Shown in pieces: positions 38,123 to 52,049 of a stretch of 64,000 bases of DNA. The first letter of the stretch is position 1. The number at the start of each line of letters is the position of its first letter. Below the pieces are notes generated by a model, which was not told the origin of the DNA, made no database searches, and worked only from the letters and a program-made list of their open reading frames with translations. Origin of the DNA: Paragordius varius (taxonomy: Eukaryota > Animalia > Nematomorpha); assembly GCA_964247055.1 (NCBI GenBank), contig OZ176054.1, forward strand, positions 6,262,001-6,326,000, written 5' to 3'. The position numbers were made by a program, and so were the translations under genes.

Positions 38123-40381
38123 ATGTACACTAGGAACGATTGTTTTTATTAAATGCAGAATTAAATTTAAAAAAAATCCTATTGGGGTCTTCGATTATTT
38201 TTTTGTTTTGGCCTAACCATGTCCTTGTGTTACGAAAAAGACAAAAAATGGGGTGGTGAAAAACCTTGTTGAGCATTGTAATTATTAAATTAATAATTTT
38301 TTATATTGAATAAACATCCCATTCGTTTTTCAAATAGACTCCTAATAAATAGAGTAGTGTCTAAAATAAAGAGAGTGTTTTCAGAGCGAATAGATTTATC
38401 TACTTTATATTACTTACCGGGCTAAATTTAATATCCATAACTAATAACATGCGTGCCATTGAGTTTGAAAAACTTCAAAAAATGTATTGATTGTTTATCT
38501 TTTTGTGCCTTATTTTATAATTGGTTAAAAATAATCAAAATAATTTCATTACATTCAAGCAAAAGACTTGACATAAGTGTTTTTTTATCCCCGATGTTCA
38601 AAAGTACACTTGCTGGCTTAAGTAAACTTGCTCAACTTTCGAAGCTTACGAATCAAGTGAGACTTTTTTATTACCCCACCCCAGATATTAAGATCTTCAG
38701 CGTAAAAAAACAACTCTTTAATGAATTTAACATTATGTAATTTTAATAATAATATGAATAATAGAAAAGTTAAATTTCGTAATTTCTTTACCGTTTAAAT
38801 GAAGTTTTAATTTTAAGTTGATAGAAAATTTAAAGTGGTAATATTGATGGAAATTTTATTGGAAAACTAATGAGTTTGTATAGAAAATGTAGAGTTTGAT
38901 TGGATAAGATTGAGTTTGGTAAATAAATTGTTGAAAACACAGCGTATTGCGAATTCTAAAATTGCACATACATTGTATCCATAGTCTTTAATAGAAATTG
39001 GGTTGTTGAGCTCGACTCACATCATTTAATAATTTTTCAAAAATCTACAAAAATTAAATTTTGTATATTTTTATAACATTGGACGCTATGCCTAAAAATT
39101 GCATATATAAAATTAATCCTTTCAGTCAATGTTCCCCTTAATTCGCATATTTTTAATATGGGTGTCCATAACCTTCTAATAAAAGACATTGAATTGCCAA
39201 AGAAAATTTTGATTTACATTTTTGAACGCATCTCCAGTAATACTTTATTCGAGCATTTATAATAGAGTTTAAGTCCAGTTAGTCTTTTGAAAAATTATTT
39301 TCACTTTTGTGACAATTTTCATATCGGTCGCAAAAAATGCGCACAATAAATGATAAAAAGGTTTCAAAAATATTTTGTTTTATGAAATAAATTAAAAGGC
39401 AAACAATATTTATAATAAATTTATTTTAAGCTCTGAAAATCTCCAACTTTCGGAAAACACTTAAAATGGCTTGCGATTAAACCATAAAAATTATTAATTA
39501 AGTTGATTATGACAATTCACCTCATTCAAAAAATATTTTTTACTATTTATATTACGAAATTTTTTAAAATGTGCAAATAAATTTTTTATTTTTTAAAATT
39601 TTTTTTACATTTTTGGTTGAACAAAAGCAATTATTTTATTCCTTTGATTAGAAATATTGGTGATCATTTTATCCGCTGTTTATTTTTTGAGTATTTAATT
39701 TTAAAATATAGAATTTATAAAACTGAAAAATAAAAACCTTTTCTCTTATTTTTAATATTTAACTTAGATAATATTTTAGCAAAAACATCTTTCAGTATTT
39801 TTTTAAAAAATTCAGCCTCTTGGATTTTAACCCATATATATTTAAACATTACCCTGATAAATCGCTTTAGCTATAGCACATGACCTTTTGGGATATTATA
39901 TCTTTGAGCAATTTGGAAATAGATATTTGAAAAAGCCTTAAAGGTATTGAGCCGATATTAAAATTTTTGTTTATTAATCTTGCAGACGCATTTAGATTTT
40001 AAAATAGGTAAAATTGAAAAAATCCTCATCTCAAATTTTTAGCCTCCATTTTTTGATTTTTTTTAAATCTCTAACACATAATATATTATATATAAGTTAG
40101 AAATGGTAAATAATTAACCTTAACAAGTTACATTTATCCGCAAAAATTGATATAAATATTGATTTTAAAATCAGATCGTTTCGTTTGCAGCTCTCCCAAT
40201 TTTCAACACTAGAACTCACAAAACTGTATATGAGCTATCTAATAATTGAAAAAATGTTCAATCATTATTTTTAACTAAAATATGTTCAAAAGAGTATTTA
40301 TTTACAAGATTTAACTCTGTGATATAAAACTACTCCAATATGTCATCGCGGAAAAAAAGTGTGTTGATATTCATTATTTAA

Positions 40382-41504
40382 CACTTGGATACAACACACT
40401 CATTTTAGTCCTTCGATTTAAATTGGGGTAGTTGGATATCCCAGGTCTGTTTAAAATCAAATACTTCAAATAGTATAAGGGGAATCGAACCCATGGCAAA
40501 ATTTTGCACTTATATAAGGTTAATAAACCTAAATATATGAAAAATTTTATTCAAAAATAGTTAATATTACTTATTTTAAGCTAAAACCGAAGGGTAAAAA
40601 TTTAATCAACGTGACATGTGTGAAATGATGAATAAAAAATAAGGCAAAATAAACCGCCTTTTCTATTTCAATCAATGTTAGATGTAATTTAAATAAAAAA
40701 CTAGCTTTTATTTTACCCTTGAAATTAAATGAAGACGATATTTTGTAAAATTTTGTAAAATAAAAATGGCGTCGAAGTAGTTTAATTCGATTCAAATTGG
40801 GGTATCTAAATACCCCAGACTAAATTTAAGTTAGAATTTTTAAAAAACTACTGAAGGAAACGGTCCCAATTTTAATTTATGCTTCTATCCTGATAAAAAT
40901 TGTATAAATATGCCAAAATATCTTAATAAAATTCTGTTTTGGAAAAAAAGTTCCATCTCAAACTACTTCGACGCCATTTTTATTTTACAAAATTTTTGCA
41001 AAATATCTGTTCATCTAATTTTAAGGGTAAAACTAATAATTTTTAATATAAATTACATCTCATTGATAGTAAAAAAAGCGGTTTATTTTGTATTATTTTT
41101 CAATTTTACCATTTCAAACATGTCACGTTGACGAATTTTTACCTTTCGGTTTTAGCTTAAAATATTTAATATCAAATATTTTTGAATAAATATTTTTATA
41201 TATTTAGGTTTATTTATGTTATATAAGTGCAAAATTTTGTCATGGTTTCGATTCCTTCCATACTTTTTAAGTATTTGATTTTAAACAGGCCTGGGGTATC
41301 CAACTACCCAGTTTGAATCGAAGGAATAAAATGAGTGTGTTGTATCCAAGTGTTAACATAGGACTTTTTTTAAAACTTAATTTTATTAAGATATTTTGGT
41401 ATATTTATATAATTTTTATTAGGATAGAAGCGTAACTAGTTTTTCAAAAATATCAATTTAAATTTAGTCTGGGGTATTTAGATACCCCAATATGAATCGA
41501 AGTG
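40382..41504. mobile_element. TTAA-flanked (piggyBac-like) MITE containing a second, oppositely oriented copy of itself (inner copy 40786-41352)
   Basis: The segment order is A-B-A'-B'. TTAA occurs at 40378-81, 40782-85, 41353-56 and 41505-08, and the intact ends read TTAACACTT. Removing the inner copy restores a junction matching the inner copy's own B/A' junction. Confidence 0.75.
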
Positions 41505-41668
41505 TTAAATTTATTATGATTTTTGACTTTTTGGATATTTAAATATTTTTTATAAGGTCGATGACCTACCGTTAATTTATAATAATAGTATCAGCCGGAC
41601 CAATGTCTGAATATGTCTGGTTGCAGCACCGCAATTTTTAAAAATCAAACAAAAAATACGATGCTTTT

Positions 41669-44600
41669 ATGATAACCTTTCATGTTTTGGATGATTTTTA
41701 CAACAAGATTCGTAATAAAGTTAAATATTTTTATAATATTAGTCCCTCTTAATTCTAGTCTCTTGCGATGTAGATTCAGTGTGTTCAGCCAAAATATTTT
41801 TGGTACTTAGTAAAATTGATTTAATAATTTTTTATTAATCTATTTAACTTTTTTTATTTAGCAAGAAATCGATAATATAAAGAGAAATTATTTTAATTAT
41901 AATTTTGACTGATTATTTTTTCCCAGTCTGGTGATATTTAACTAAAAACAACGCATTTCTTCGGATTGATGATTTATTTCTTTTAACATTTCAGCAAAGA
42001 TAAAAACCCTTTCTTATATAACGCTTTCAACCTTGTTATACATCCTATTTTAATTTATCAAAATTTAGATTGTTCCCTAATTTTTACTTATTTATAAGGT
42101 ACATCTAAATCAGATATTTTTTGTAATATTATTCATAAATAAAAACAGCATTTTGAATTTTTTTTTCATTTGATATATGGGTGAAATCCTTATATTTGTG
42201 CTTATTATTGACTAAATTTCAAATTTATGAATTTGTTATTGCTTTATTAAAACAATAGTATCTATCAAAATATTTACTATATGGTGCTTAACATTGCTAA
42301 ATTTCACTAAAACGTTAGACAAAACGATTTTACCTAAATAATATATTTAGCAGTAAAATCCCATTTTGTTATTCATATTAAACTAAATCGTATATATATA
42401 AAGGGTCTTTGATCACAATTGTGGTTAATGAAATCATTCTATATCAACATCTTGACTCTTTTAATATTTAAATGCCTTTCGGGTAAAATATATTTATTCA
42501 TGCCGCCTTTATTAATGTGGATTCGCGAAGATGTGAAAAAGATGATGAAATAAACAACACTTTATATTTGGTGCAAATTAGCATTATACTTATATTTCTA
42601 GCTCTACTTTTATCAATATGATATTTTAACTCCATTTTGATAGATTTGTATGTGTTTTATTTTTTTATGGGAATAGGCTCATCAGGCACATTACAATTTT
42701 TGATTTTAAAATAATTGTTAAAAAAATATATATTCACTACTATTATATTCAGCCAATGTAGGTGTTGATCACTCTGAAATCTTTTATTATAAATTAAAAT
42801 GCACTTGAATCAATATTTTGCATGTATAGGAGTTGTTGCAATCAGATCATATTCAATACACCATAATACCTGTTAGGGATAAAGAAAATTTACTAAACGT
42901 CTACCATGAACATAAACACTTTAAGAATGTGGTCATGTTGAATTGTGGTTCCAATTTCGATGTTATTGAATACCTCAATCCCCCTCCAAACACTCGATTT
43001 TACATAATTGATAAGTATATATATATGACATTTATTATAAATAATGAGATAATTGCATAATTGAATTCACATTTTTTTGTAAATTATTTTTCATATTAAA
43101 TAAAGTAAAATTTATTTTAAACTCTGATTTTAAACTTATCTTGTCGAACCTCTTTTTTGTGCACTAATTTGGTGTGTTAAACCAATTTTTTATCTGATTC
43201 AGTGAAAATGACCTTAAAAAATATTTGTACATATAAATGTGTAATAAAACTAATTGCCTTTTTTTGTAAAAATTATTACAGCATAAATTTATTTTTTTTG
43301 TTTTTACAAAATTTATTTTCGCACAAAAATGTTTATGTTTTGGCTACTGATATGTTAGGAAGAATAAATATTGAAAAATGTGATTTCGTGTTTATATATA
43401 TATATAAAAAGTAGTTTGACTCTATTGAAAATTATTATATATATTTTCTCTGTATATAGTCATAGACCAATTGATATATACAACATTTACAATGCCGAAC
43501 AAATAATTGTGATAGTTGATGAGGATGAACAACACAACTTTCCAGATTTTAAAGATATATTTTATAATCAGGTATAATTTTGTGCCCCTAATTTTCTATA
43601 GTGTTGAATAGAATATCCAAAATTGTGTTAATACATGCAAAATTTTACATATTTACTCTTAATTAAAACATTAAACGTCTCTCGAAAATTGGTATTTTTC
43701 ACCCATATCGGATGATTTAATGTTTGATTTATATTGATTTGTTTATTTAAACAAAAGATATATAAAATAATATACTGTTTTTAGTCCGACGATTCAGACT
43801 TATCTGACCAAGATAATGAGGTGATTGAGGATTCTTCAGAAACAACGATCGAAAAACAAAACCCCATTTTACGTGGTATGAAGCGTCAAAAAAGAAAGTT
43901 AAGACATGAGGAAAGACGTCAAAAAATTTTGTTTGAATATACGGAATACTCATATTGGGCTAATCCTGTAATTTTTGTTTTATACACCCTAACTTAAATT
44001 TTAGGTTTTAAAACGAATATATTGCATCGTAAAATGGGTGGAAACACAAAAAGTGTTAAAATCTCATATTTATTTTATACGTTTGTTTGAGCGGATATAC
44101 TAAACATTTAAATTGTACATAAATTTTCAGAGCAAAAAATGACTAATTTTTATAAGGATAATACTGATCCTTAAGATTGTTAGTTAGAGCCTGTAATATT
44201 ACGGTGGTTGTAAATAATGTATATAGATGATGTATGTATGCGTGTTGGTTACACCCATGGTAATAATCAAAAAAAATTTAAGGGCCCAATAAAATATTTT
44301 TCTTGTGGGCTGTGCACCATATAATATCGATGTTTGCAGATGTTAATACTCTTAATATTAACCAAATCAAAAAATTAAATAAACATTTCAGGGTTAAAAA
44401 ATTAAATAAACATTTCAGGGCTATCAAAAAATTAAATAAACATTTCAGGACTCTATTTAAAGGTACTTTTCAGCCGCGGTTTGATGATTACTGGCTTACA
44501 CCATAAAACTTATTGACTGCTATATACAGTAAAAACTGAAATTATACGGATCAAATGTAAAAATATAGTGTCAAATATTTTTTTACAAAAGACAACCATA

Positions 44601-47600
44601 CTACTTTTTAGATCTTGATTTATTTCAATATAATTCATTGGTTTAAATGGCTAAGTCTGAAATAGAGATATATATTATTAACACAATCAATTCTATATTT
44701 TACAATTGTAATATGTCTTATATGAGATTACGGGTTTAAAAAGTATGGTTGTCTTTTAGATAAATTGTCTTTATATTTTTACGGTTTGTGCGTATAATTT
44801 CCATTTTTACTGTAAAATATATTTTAATAAAAAATCAATTTATTTTCATTTAGTAATAATAAAAAAACAACAGTTTTTATTTTTAAGTTTATTATACACC
44901 GTATACATTTTGTTGTGAATATTTTAGAGCTGTTTAATTTTATTTACTATGGCTTGGATTTTGTCTCGTGATACAAATGCAATACTTTGGTGTACCATTC
45001 TCGGCTTCACGGATCATTATGTTAAGCGTTGCCTACAATTTGAACGGTATATGGAAGCCATGGTTAAACTCAAAAATCATGTTTACCGACTCAATAAGTA
45101 ATTATTTATTTTTGTTGTTTGCTGCTTTGATTTTTTATTGGAAAAAGGGATGATGTTGTATAATTAAAAAATATGGTTGAATTTTTCAGAGGTTTTTACC
45201 TTTATATCTTTAGTCATTAAATTACTTTTAAACCTACCATATAAATGAAATATTAGTTTTTTAAACAAAAATTTTGGCTGTAATTTTATTGTGTTTTGAT
45301 AAATGGCCTTGATTTAGGTTTCAAAAACGTTTCATTTTGTTACATTTGAAAAAAGCTCTGTATATTATTGTTTTTTGTTATTAATAAGAATAACATTTTG
45401 GTACATTGTTTCTAAAAAAAGGTATTGGTTAGTTAAATAATCTTCTATATACGGCTTTTTTCCAACAATCTAAACAATTTTTTTCATAATTATTTATTTT
45501 TCCAGAAAAGATGCGGTTGAGAATCAAAATAAAGAAAGGACCGTCATTAAAGTCATAAATGAACTTAATCTCGTCCTTTATCGGCATTGGACGCTGTTTG
45601 AAAGTTTATGGTATTCTCATAGCACAGCTTGTCAATTCCGCATTTGGAGCACACGGGGCCAACGAAGATTAAACGAATTTTTGGCTGATATTGGGTAGCT
45701 CAAAAATTTTTTTACAGTTTCTTTGAGTGAATTGATTAAAAATATTTTAAATTAGTTTTAAGCGCATTTGTGTTTATGTTTTTACATATAACTACCCAAT
45801 AAATATATATATTGATCTAAGTAATATAAATTAATATAAAATATTGGCATAAAGTTATGTTTAGTATTCACAAATTATTTGATTTATCAATTTTTTCATT
45901 GAATGTTGAAAATTTGATATTTAATAAGTTTCATTTGGTTGCAACTTATTTTTTTTGTATTTGCTAATGAATGCATTTATAAGCGATCACAGCGTTTATT
46001 ATTATTAAATCGATCAAAATCCTTGCTGTAAGAATCTTTAAAACCTAAATTTTAGGGGAAATTTGGATTATTTAAAAAAGAGAATAAGTATATATATACA
46101 TATATAATGCTATTTCATTGTATTGAGGAAGTTAAAGCAAAAAAGGCGAAATATATATTTTAAGTACTTAAGCCCATGCTATTTCTCCTTACCTGTAAAC
46201 GTTTTCTGGCAATATTTAAATTAAACATAGCACTCTATTTTTTTTGTTTTTTGTTTAAAAAATCATTTTTATTCACTTATTATTTAGAATCCCTTTAAGT
46301 CAAAGTCAACAAAAATTTCAATGTATGGAATTAGATTATAGGAAGAATGTTAAAACCTGGATCGAACAATTTGCTGAGAAATATGGGTACGTAAAAACAT
46401 TGATAATATTAACAAAATATACTTGATTTGTCAACTACACCTCATGAATAAATTTGCCCTCTTTATGATATTATTATTAAATTAAAATATATGTACTTTG
46501 GCACGAATTAGAATGGGTAACGTTTTATGTCTGCTAAAAAAATTTTTTTAGACATAGGTGCATACAATTGAATTTTTGCTTAAATTATATTTTTTGACTT
46601 TACATTGGGACTCTTTTAAAATAATTAGGTTATTCATGGAAAAAAATAAAACCTAAACCAGGACATACAAAAAGCAATAAAACTGACCAATTTTTTCTTA
46701 AATATATTTATAAATCGGCCATATACTTTGAATTAGTTTTTTCATTAAAATATATATAGAACCGAAACTAGAGACCAAAATTGATTTTTTTGTAATATAT
46801 ATTAATTGCATTAGTTTGGAAGAAATGAACTTTCCATCTTTCACCATTTCATTTGGTTACAATAAAACTTTCGGAGCTATGGATTTTACATTGGCACTTA
46901 GTGCCATTCTTGAACAAAATATCACAAGCGACGCCGCAAAGGGGAGAACTCAGGTTATTTTTGATTTTCAAATTCGTTTTATGAATCATCTAAAATACTG
47001 GTCACATATTTTATTGTAATTTTTATTTATTTTTTTAAAATATTTTTGTATAATTTATCTCATGTTTTCCTTTCCACAATGCAAAATAAATAGGTTCTGA
47101 CTAGTGAAAAAATAGTTCGTTATTCCGTTTTATCGTCCTACCTATTCATCTGCTAACGGCAAAGTCTCATTTTTAATTATCCAAAAATCAACAAAACATC
47201 CTCATATATATGCTATTTATGATGTATAAACTCTCAAACTGCACATTTTATTCATAACGATTGTTTCTACCATAGGTCCGATTATTACACAATTTAATTC
47301 CTTGATTCTTATTAAAATATAAAAAATAGTTCATACACCAAGGATGCACTATAAATTGTATTTTGTTTAGCTAAATTATAAAAATATACATACTCACTGC
47401 TTTTACCATAAAATTTATCCTATTTTTTACGGTGTAATTTAGAATTCTGATTCAACGCAAGTAGTGTTACCGACAACGTTTTTTGCGGCTCTTGATTGTC
47501 TCCAACATTCGTTGCATCACGGAGCTGGATTCACCATTTGCAAAAATGACATATTTCCCATATCATACACACCTAATTCAAATAAGTTTTTTGGTATTTA

Positions 47601-50583
47601 TGAATCAAATCAATACCACTTTCAATAGTTTTTACATTATAAATGACAAACGAAAAATATTATATAAAAAGTTTTACCTTAATTATGATAAGTCGTACCG
47701 CTGCCTGTTCGTGGTTTATCTTTGGTAAAATGGCAGAGGTCAGTTTTTGATGTTTTGCGAAAACCTTTACTTCGTTAGTAGTTTTTTTACAAGTTGAAAT
47801 GAGTGAGAATATTGCAGTACACTATTGTGTTCGAGATATCATGATAAATTTTAATTTTGTGGTACAAGCGCGACCAATTTTTATAAATTATATATATTGC
47901 ATGATAAACATATGGTAAAAATCTTTTAACTGATTATTACTATATAAGTGGTCACATTCATGGTTTTAAAAGCGGTCACTACCGATGTGAGACTCTACAA
48001 CTATCAATTTTAAAGAGTGAATCTTTAGTTGAAAGTATTCTATTTTAATAAAAAAACACTAAAAGAAAAATGATCTATAATTTTAGGTGAAAGTTTATTT
48101 ATTATTTCTTATGATTTCTACCACACATTTGCCTTTTATTTGTGTATGTGTAACATTGTTTGTCACAAAATGTAGAAAATATCCTTGGTCCAACTTGCAA
48201 TGATACGCCTGAACTTTCCAAGGATGGCAAAAATTTTGCTGAGCTGTATCGAGGGATCGAACTAGCTAAAATACATGCTAAAACGATATTTGACACAACT
48301 CAAGCCATTTTAGATGATCATCAAATCATTACTGTGGGCCCATTCCTTTATGCCACATTATCTGAGGTAAGGGATAAATTTTTAAAATTTATAGCGATTA
48401 CCCCAAAACGGTTTAGACGATTCTAAATAAATTTTTTGTCTAGATTCTTTTTTGCATTTTTTTATGTGAAGAAATTTTTGGTTCCGTTTCTATGGTTTTT
48501 TTGGTTATTTGTTTTTATTTTTAAAGTTTTACGCAAAACCTTTTTATAAGGTAAATTATATTTCCATAGTTGAACATGTAATTATTGAAATAATTACATT
48601 ATCATTTTCTCGAAAATCCAAAAATACACATTTATTATCAATAAAAGTAATTAACCATGTAATAATAAGCTTGATTAATAACAATTTTTTCTACACATTC
48701 AGGCTATTATTATTATTATTATCTCTAACGGTAGTTTTTATACATCTGCAAATTTATTGAAATCTCGGTATATCATACAATTTTGTATGGATTCATTTTT
48801 AATATGAACAAATATTTTTTTTAAAATTTTTATTAGCAACTCTCATCGGCCCACATGTTTGATAATCCCATTTTACTCAAGCGTTTAGCCCATTTTATCC
48901 TTATTGCCTATAATGCAAAAGTAAATACAAATTTTAACATATAGTATTGCTATGCTATTAACAATATTTACCTCGCGCTTTAAATTTTCATTTTATTTCT
49001 ATTCTGGTTAAAAAAAATATTAATATTAATTTCGATAATTTTATCATATTATAACAATTTAAATTCTTTATCAAACAGTTATTATGAAATATCGTAAACT
49101 TTGTTATCAACATTTTCACTCAATTTTTGTATAAGATTAATTTTGGTTTCTTATCATTTTTAACCGTTTTTTTTTCAAACAATTATAATATTTTCCGGTT
49201 TCGTAGCACGGGTTATCTAACAAAAAACTCAGACATTTACCCTTAACACTATGTGTCCCCATTATACAATCATATAAAAACCGTAAAAAAGATCAAAATT
49301 CTAATTCTCAATCTAATATTCCGCAAAATGCAAGGCATCCTGCCATAAATTCCACTAATGCACCAGAAAATTCAGATATCTCAATTATAGGTCTACCACC
49401 TCTTAGTATATTAGAATCTACTAATAAAAAGTAAATAATATTTTTTATCTATATTTCAGGATTATAAGGTATGAAACCTAATAATTTATAACAAATTGTT
49501 AAATATTAATTTAGCAAATTTTTATTTAATTTTGTTCCATTAAAATATAAAACAACCGGTTTAATAAATAAAAAAATTGGCCATAATCTATAATGACAGG
49601 CTACCAAGAATTGGTGTATATATTCTCCAAATGTTTGAATCGGCAATTTAATTGAATTTTTTTATCACATTGTGGAATCAAAATCTATATTTAAGAATCC
49701 TCCTCGAAGATTAATTTTTCAAATATTTAGTGTATATATTTTCATCAAATCTGTTTATCTTGAGAGTTGAAGGTATTTGAGTGAAATAGTTTTTTGTTTA
49801 CCAATTGTTTCTATTTTCCGCATTTGTTTGGCCTCAGTAAGGTCATCATGATTAGCCAGCTTATATATATATATATATATATTTATTTATTTATTTATTT
49901 AGATAAATTTTTTTGTTTAATACAGTATGAGTAAGTATACATTGCTAGAAAGTTATTAATTATTGCCAAATAGTAAATCCAACAAAGGGCAGTATATTGG
50001 GTTGTAGTTATTTTTTTTACTTTTTATTAATACCAATAATACTGTCCTTTGTTGTATTTACTATTTGGCAATAATTAATAACTTTCTAGCAATGTATACT
50101 TACTCATACTGTATAGAGTAAACCCATAATGAGCTCGATATTGTCCGATTTTTAAAAATACTATATATTTATTTATATTTTTAATTATTATTCTTCTTTT
50201 TTCATATTTAGAATATGATAACATTTTAATCATGGCTTATTAACTCATATATACCCATAAATCAGTAAGTTTGTGGGAAAGCATTCACAACTTTAAACGA
50301 TAAAAACTTAAAAGCTTATATTTTAAAAATGTATCATGGTCAACATGAGCTAATTAGTTTAAAAGCGCTGTTTAATTTAAGAAGAAACCCTTTAAAGGAC
50401 AGTCAACTCTATCCTTAAATATATATTTATTTTTGTAGTTTTTTGGGGAAAGCATTTGAGCAAGCCGCTCAAAACATGCATGCACACACTTTTCGACTCA
50501 AAGGATTCGATCCAACCATCATCTCCATGGGCGATCGGGAAAAAGGTCGTTTTATGGACGCCCTTGTCACCATGTTAGATTGA
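41669..50583 (+). CDS. CDC45: Cell division control protein 45 (CMG helicase subunit)
   Basis: Spliced segments: LILVSCDVDSVCSAKIFL, LQSDHIQYTIIPV, VMLNCGSN, HRPIDIYNIY, an acidic exon at 43785-43967, MAWILSRDTNAILWCTILGFTDH, LYRHWTLFESL, FRIWSTRGQRRLNEFLADIG, GPFLY, LPL, IIGLPP and FLGKAFEQAA...RFMDALVTMLD-stop. Confidence 0.93.
44366..44449. repeat. Three tandem copies of a ~27-30-bp unit (AAAAAATTAAATAAACATTTCAGG)
   Basis: Direct reading; lies in a CDC45 intron. Confidence 0.85.
44527..44812. mobile_element. Tc1/mariner-type MITE (CAGT...ACTG, TA flanks)
   Basis: TA|CAGTAAAAACTGAAATTATACG ... CGTATAATTTCCATTTTTACTG|TA, with an additional internal inverted match AAAAGACAACCATAC/GTATGGTTGTCTTTT. 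Confidence 0.7.
47400..47880 (-). pseudogene. Possible piggyBac transposase C-terminal relic
   Basis: Fragmentary minus-strand peptides LYHKIKIY..IVYCNIL and CNECWRQSRAAKNVVGNTTC loosely resemble the KWYxKL motif and the Cys-rich C-terminal domain; there are many stops. Confidence 0.3.
49923..50111. mobile_element. Near-perfect hairpin MITE (~80-bp arms, TA flanks)
   Basis: CAGTATGAGTAAGTATACATTGCTAGAAAGTTATTAATTATTGCCAAATAGTAAAT is an exact inverted match at both ends, with only a few mismatches further in. Confidence 0.88.
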
Positions 50584-52049
50584 AGTCAAATTTCTCAATC
50601 TTTACAAATTTTATCTTTTCAAAATTGTATTTATCATATCACATATTCCAAATGTTTAAAAAAGTATTGTATGACTGAATGGAAAAATGCATAATAAATG
50701 TTATATTACTTGCACGATATGTTTTCTCGAAAAATAATTTGGCGTTGCCATTAATGTTTGAAATTAGTTTCTACGGACATGAAAATTTATATGCGATCTT
50801 AAAATTTAATTTGTTTGCATCGAATATTTTTGTATTTAGATGGTAAAATTTATATGAAACAATTAATTCACTTGTATTTTCAGGAAATTAGAGAAGTAAT
50901 AAGATTCCAATAAATAGTTCTTATTTTTGTCATAAAAGACAGGATTTTATTTATTAAATATTACATTCTACCTTTTCAAAATAAATATTCATTTTTCTTG
51001 ATAGAATTTAAAAGGAATGTTTTAGGTGAGATATTATGTTTAAAAATCATAGTTAAGCGAACAATTTAAGGAAAATTATTAATAAAGTTTTGTTTTATAA
51101 AATTGACTTGGAAACGGCCAATATTCCTCATCGCAAATGTATCCGCATGTAATGACATAAAGTATTTTTTAAATTTCAAGATTAACATCATTAACTTTTG
51201 GGGTCGTTATATATCCCAGAGCGAGTTGATGGACTATCTTAAAAAGCATTTAATGGAATTGGCTATATTTGAAAGTGTGCTTAGTTTAGCTCTTTAGGCA
51301 CATGCCTCAGAAATTTTTTTTTAAATAAAACTGTAATAAACCTCATCATATATTTTTTGCCGACACTTTTTTCATTTACATCGCTACAACAGGCAAATAA
51401 ATGTATTATTATATGGTTAGAAAAAGCAAATAATTAAGTTTAGAAAGCTTTCCGGCTACCTTTTTACCAACAAACACGTATTTTTTGTGTAAAATCAGCT
51501 GTTTATTTCCATCGTATTTTGAAGCTCAAAATTTACACTCTTTAAGTAAAAAAACTGTAAAAAAATAAGCTTTTTTATCTAATACATAACAATGTTTGAT
51601 TAAATTTAATTTAAACGACTTTTAAAACAGTAATTATCACAATTTTAAGTTTGGGCAAAAACTTCCCCAAAAAGTCGTGGACAAAAATAAAAATGTAATA
51701 AAATTAAATCGTTGATGGATGGGATTTAATTTTGCTATGTGTTAAATGGTTAAAACGATTTTGGATCACGAAAATTATATTTTTTATAATTTTTTTAATC
51801 AAAATGTAATTTATGTTAGGAACAAATTTACGGATCATAGGAAAAACATTCATCAGAGATAATTAGTTTCAAAAGCAAAATTCAAGAAGCGAACTATGAT
51901 AGGTTGTATTAGATCTTGGTATATCTACTACATAATAATTATTTATTAGTTTATACAAAAATCAGAACATGTTTATATCACAGATTATTAACTGAGCTTG
52001 TATAAGCTTTTCGGATAAGGGCACAATTTTTTAGAGTCTGCTATTCGGT

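Noticed and set aside
40479-40492. GGTTCGATTCCCC (minus strand), a tRNA T-loop/B-box-like motif
   Set aside because: There is no A-box or cloverleaf, and it lies inside the MITE.
43747-43953. Minus-strand 68-aa ORF in the track
   Set aside because: It is the antisense shadow of the CDC45 acidic exon (43785-43967, +). The same applies to the small ORFs opposite the K2P, BTAF1, RTE and Chapaev exons.
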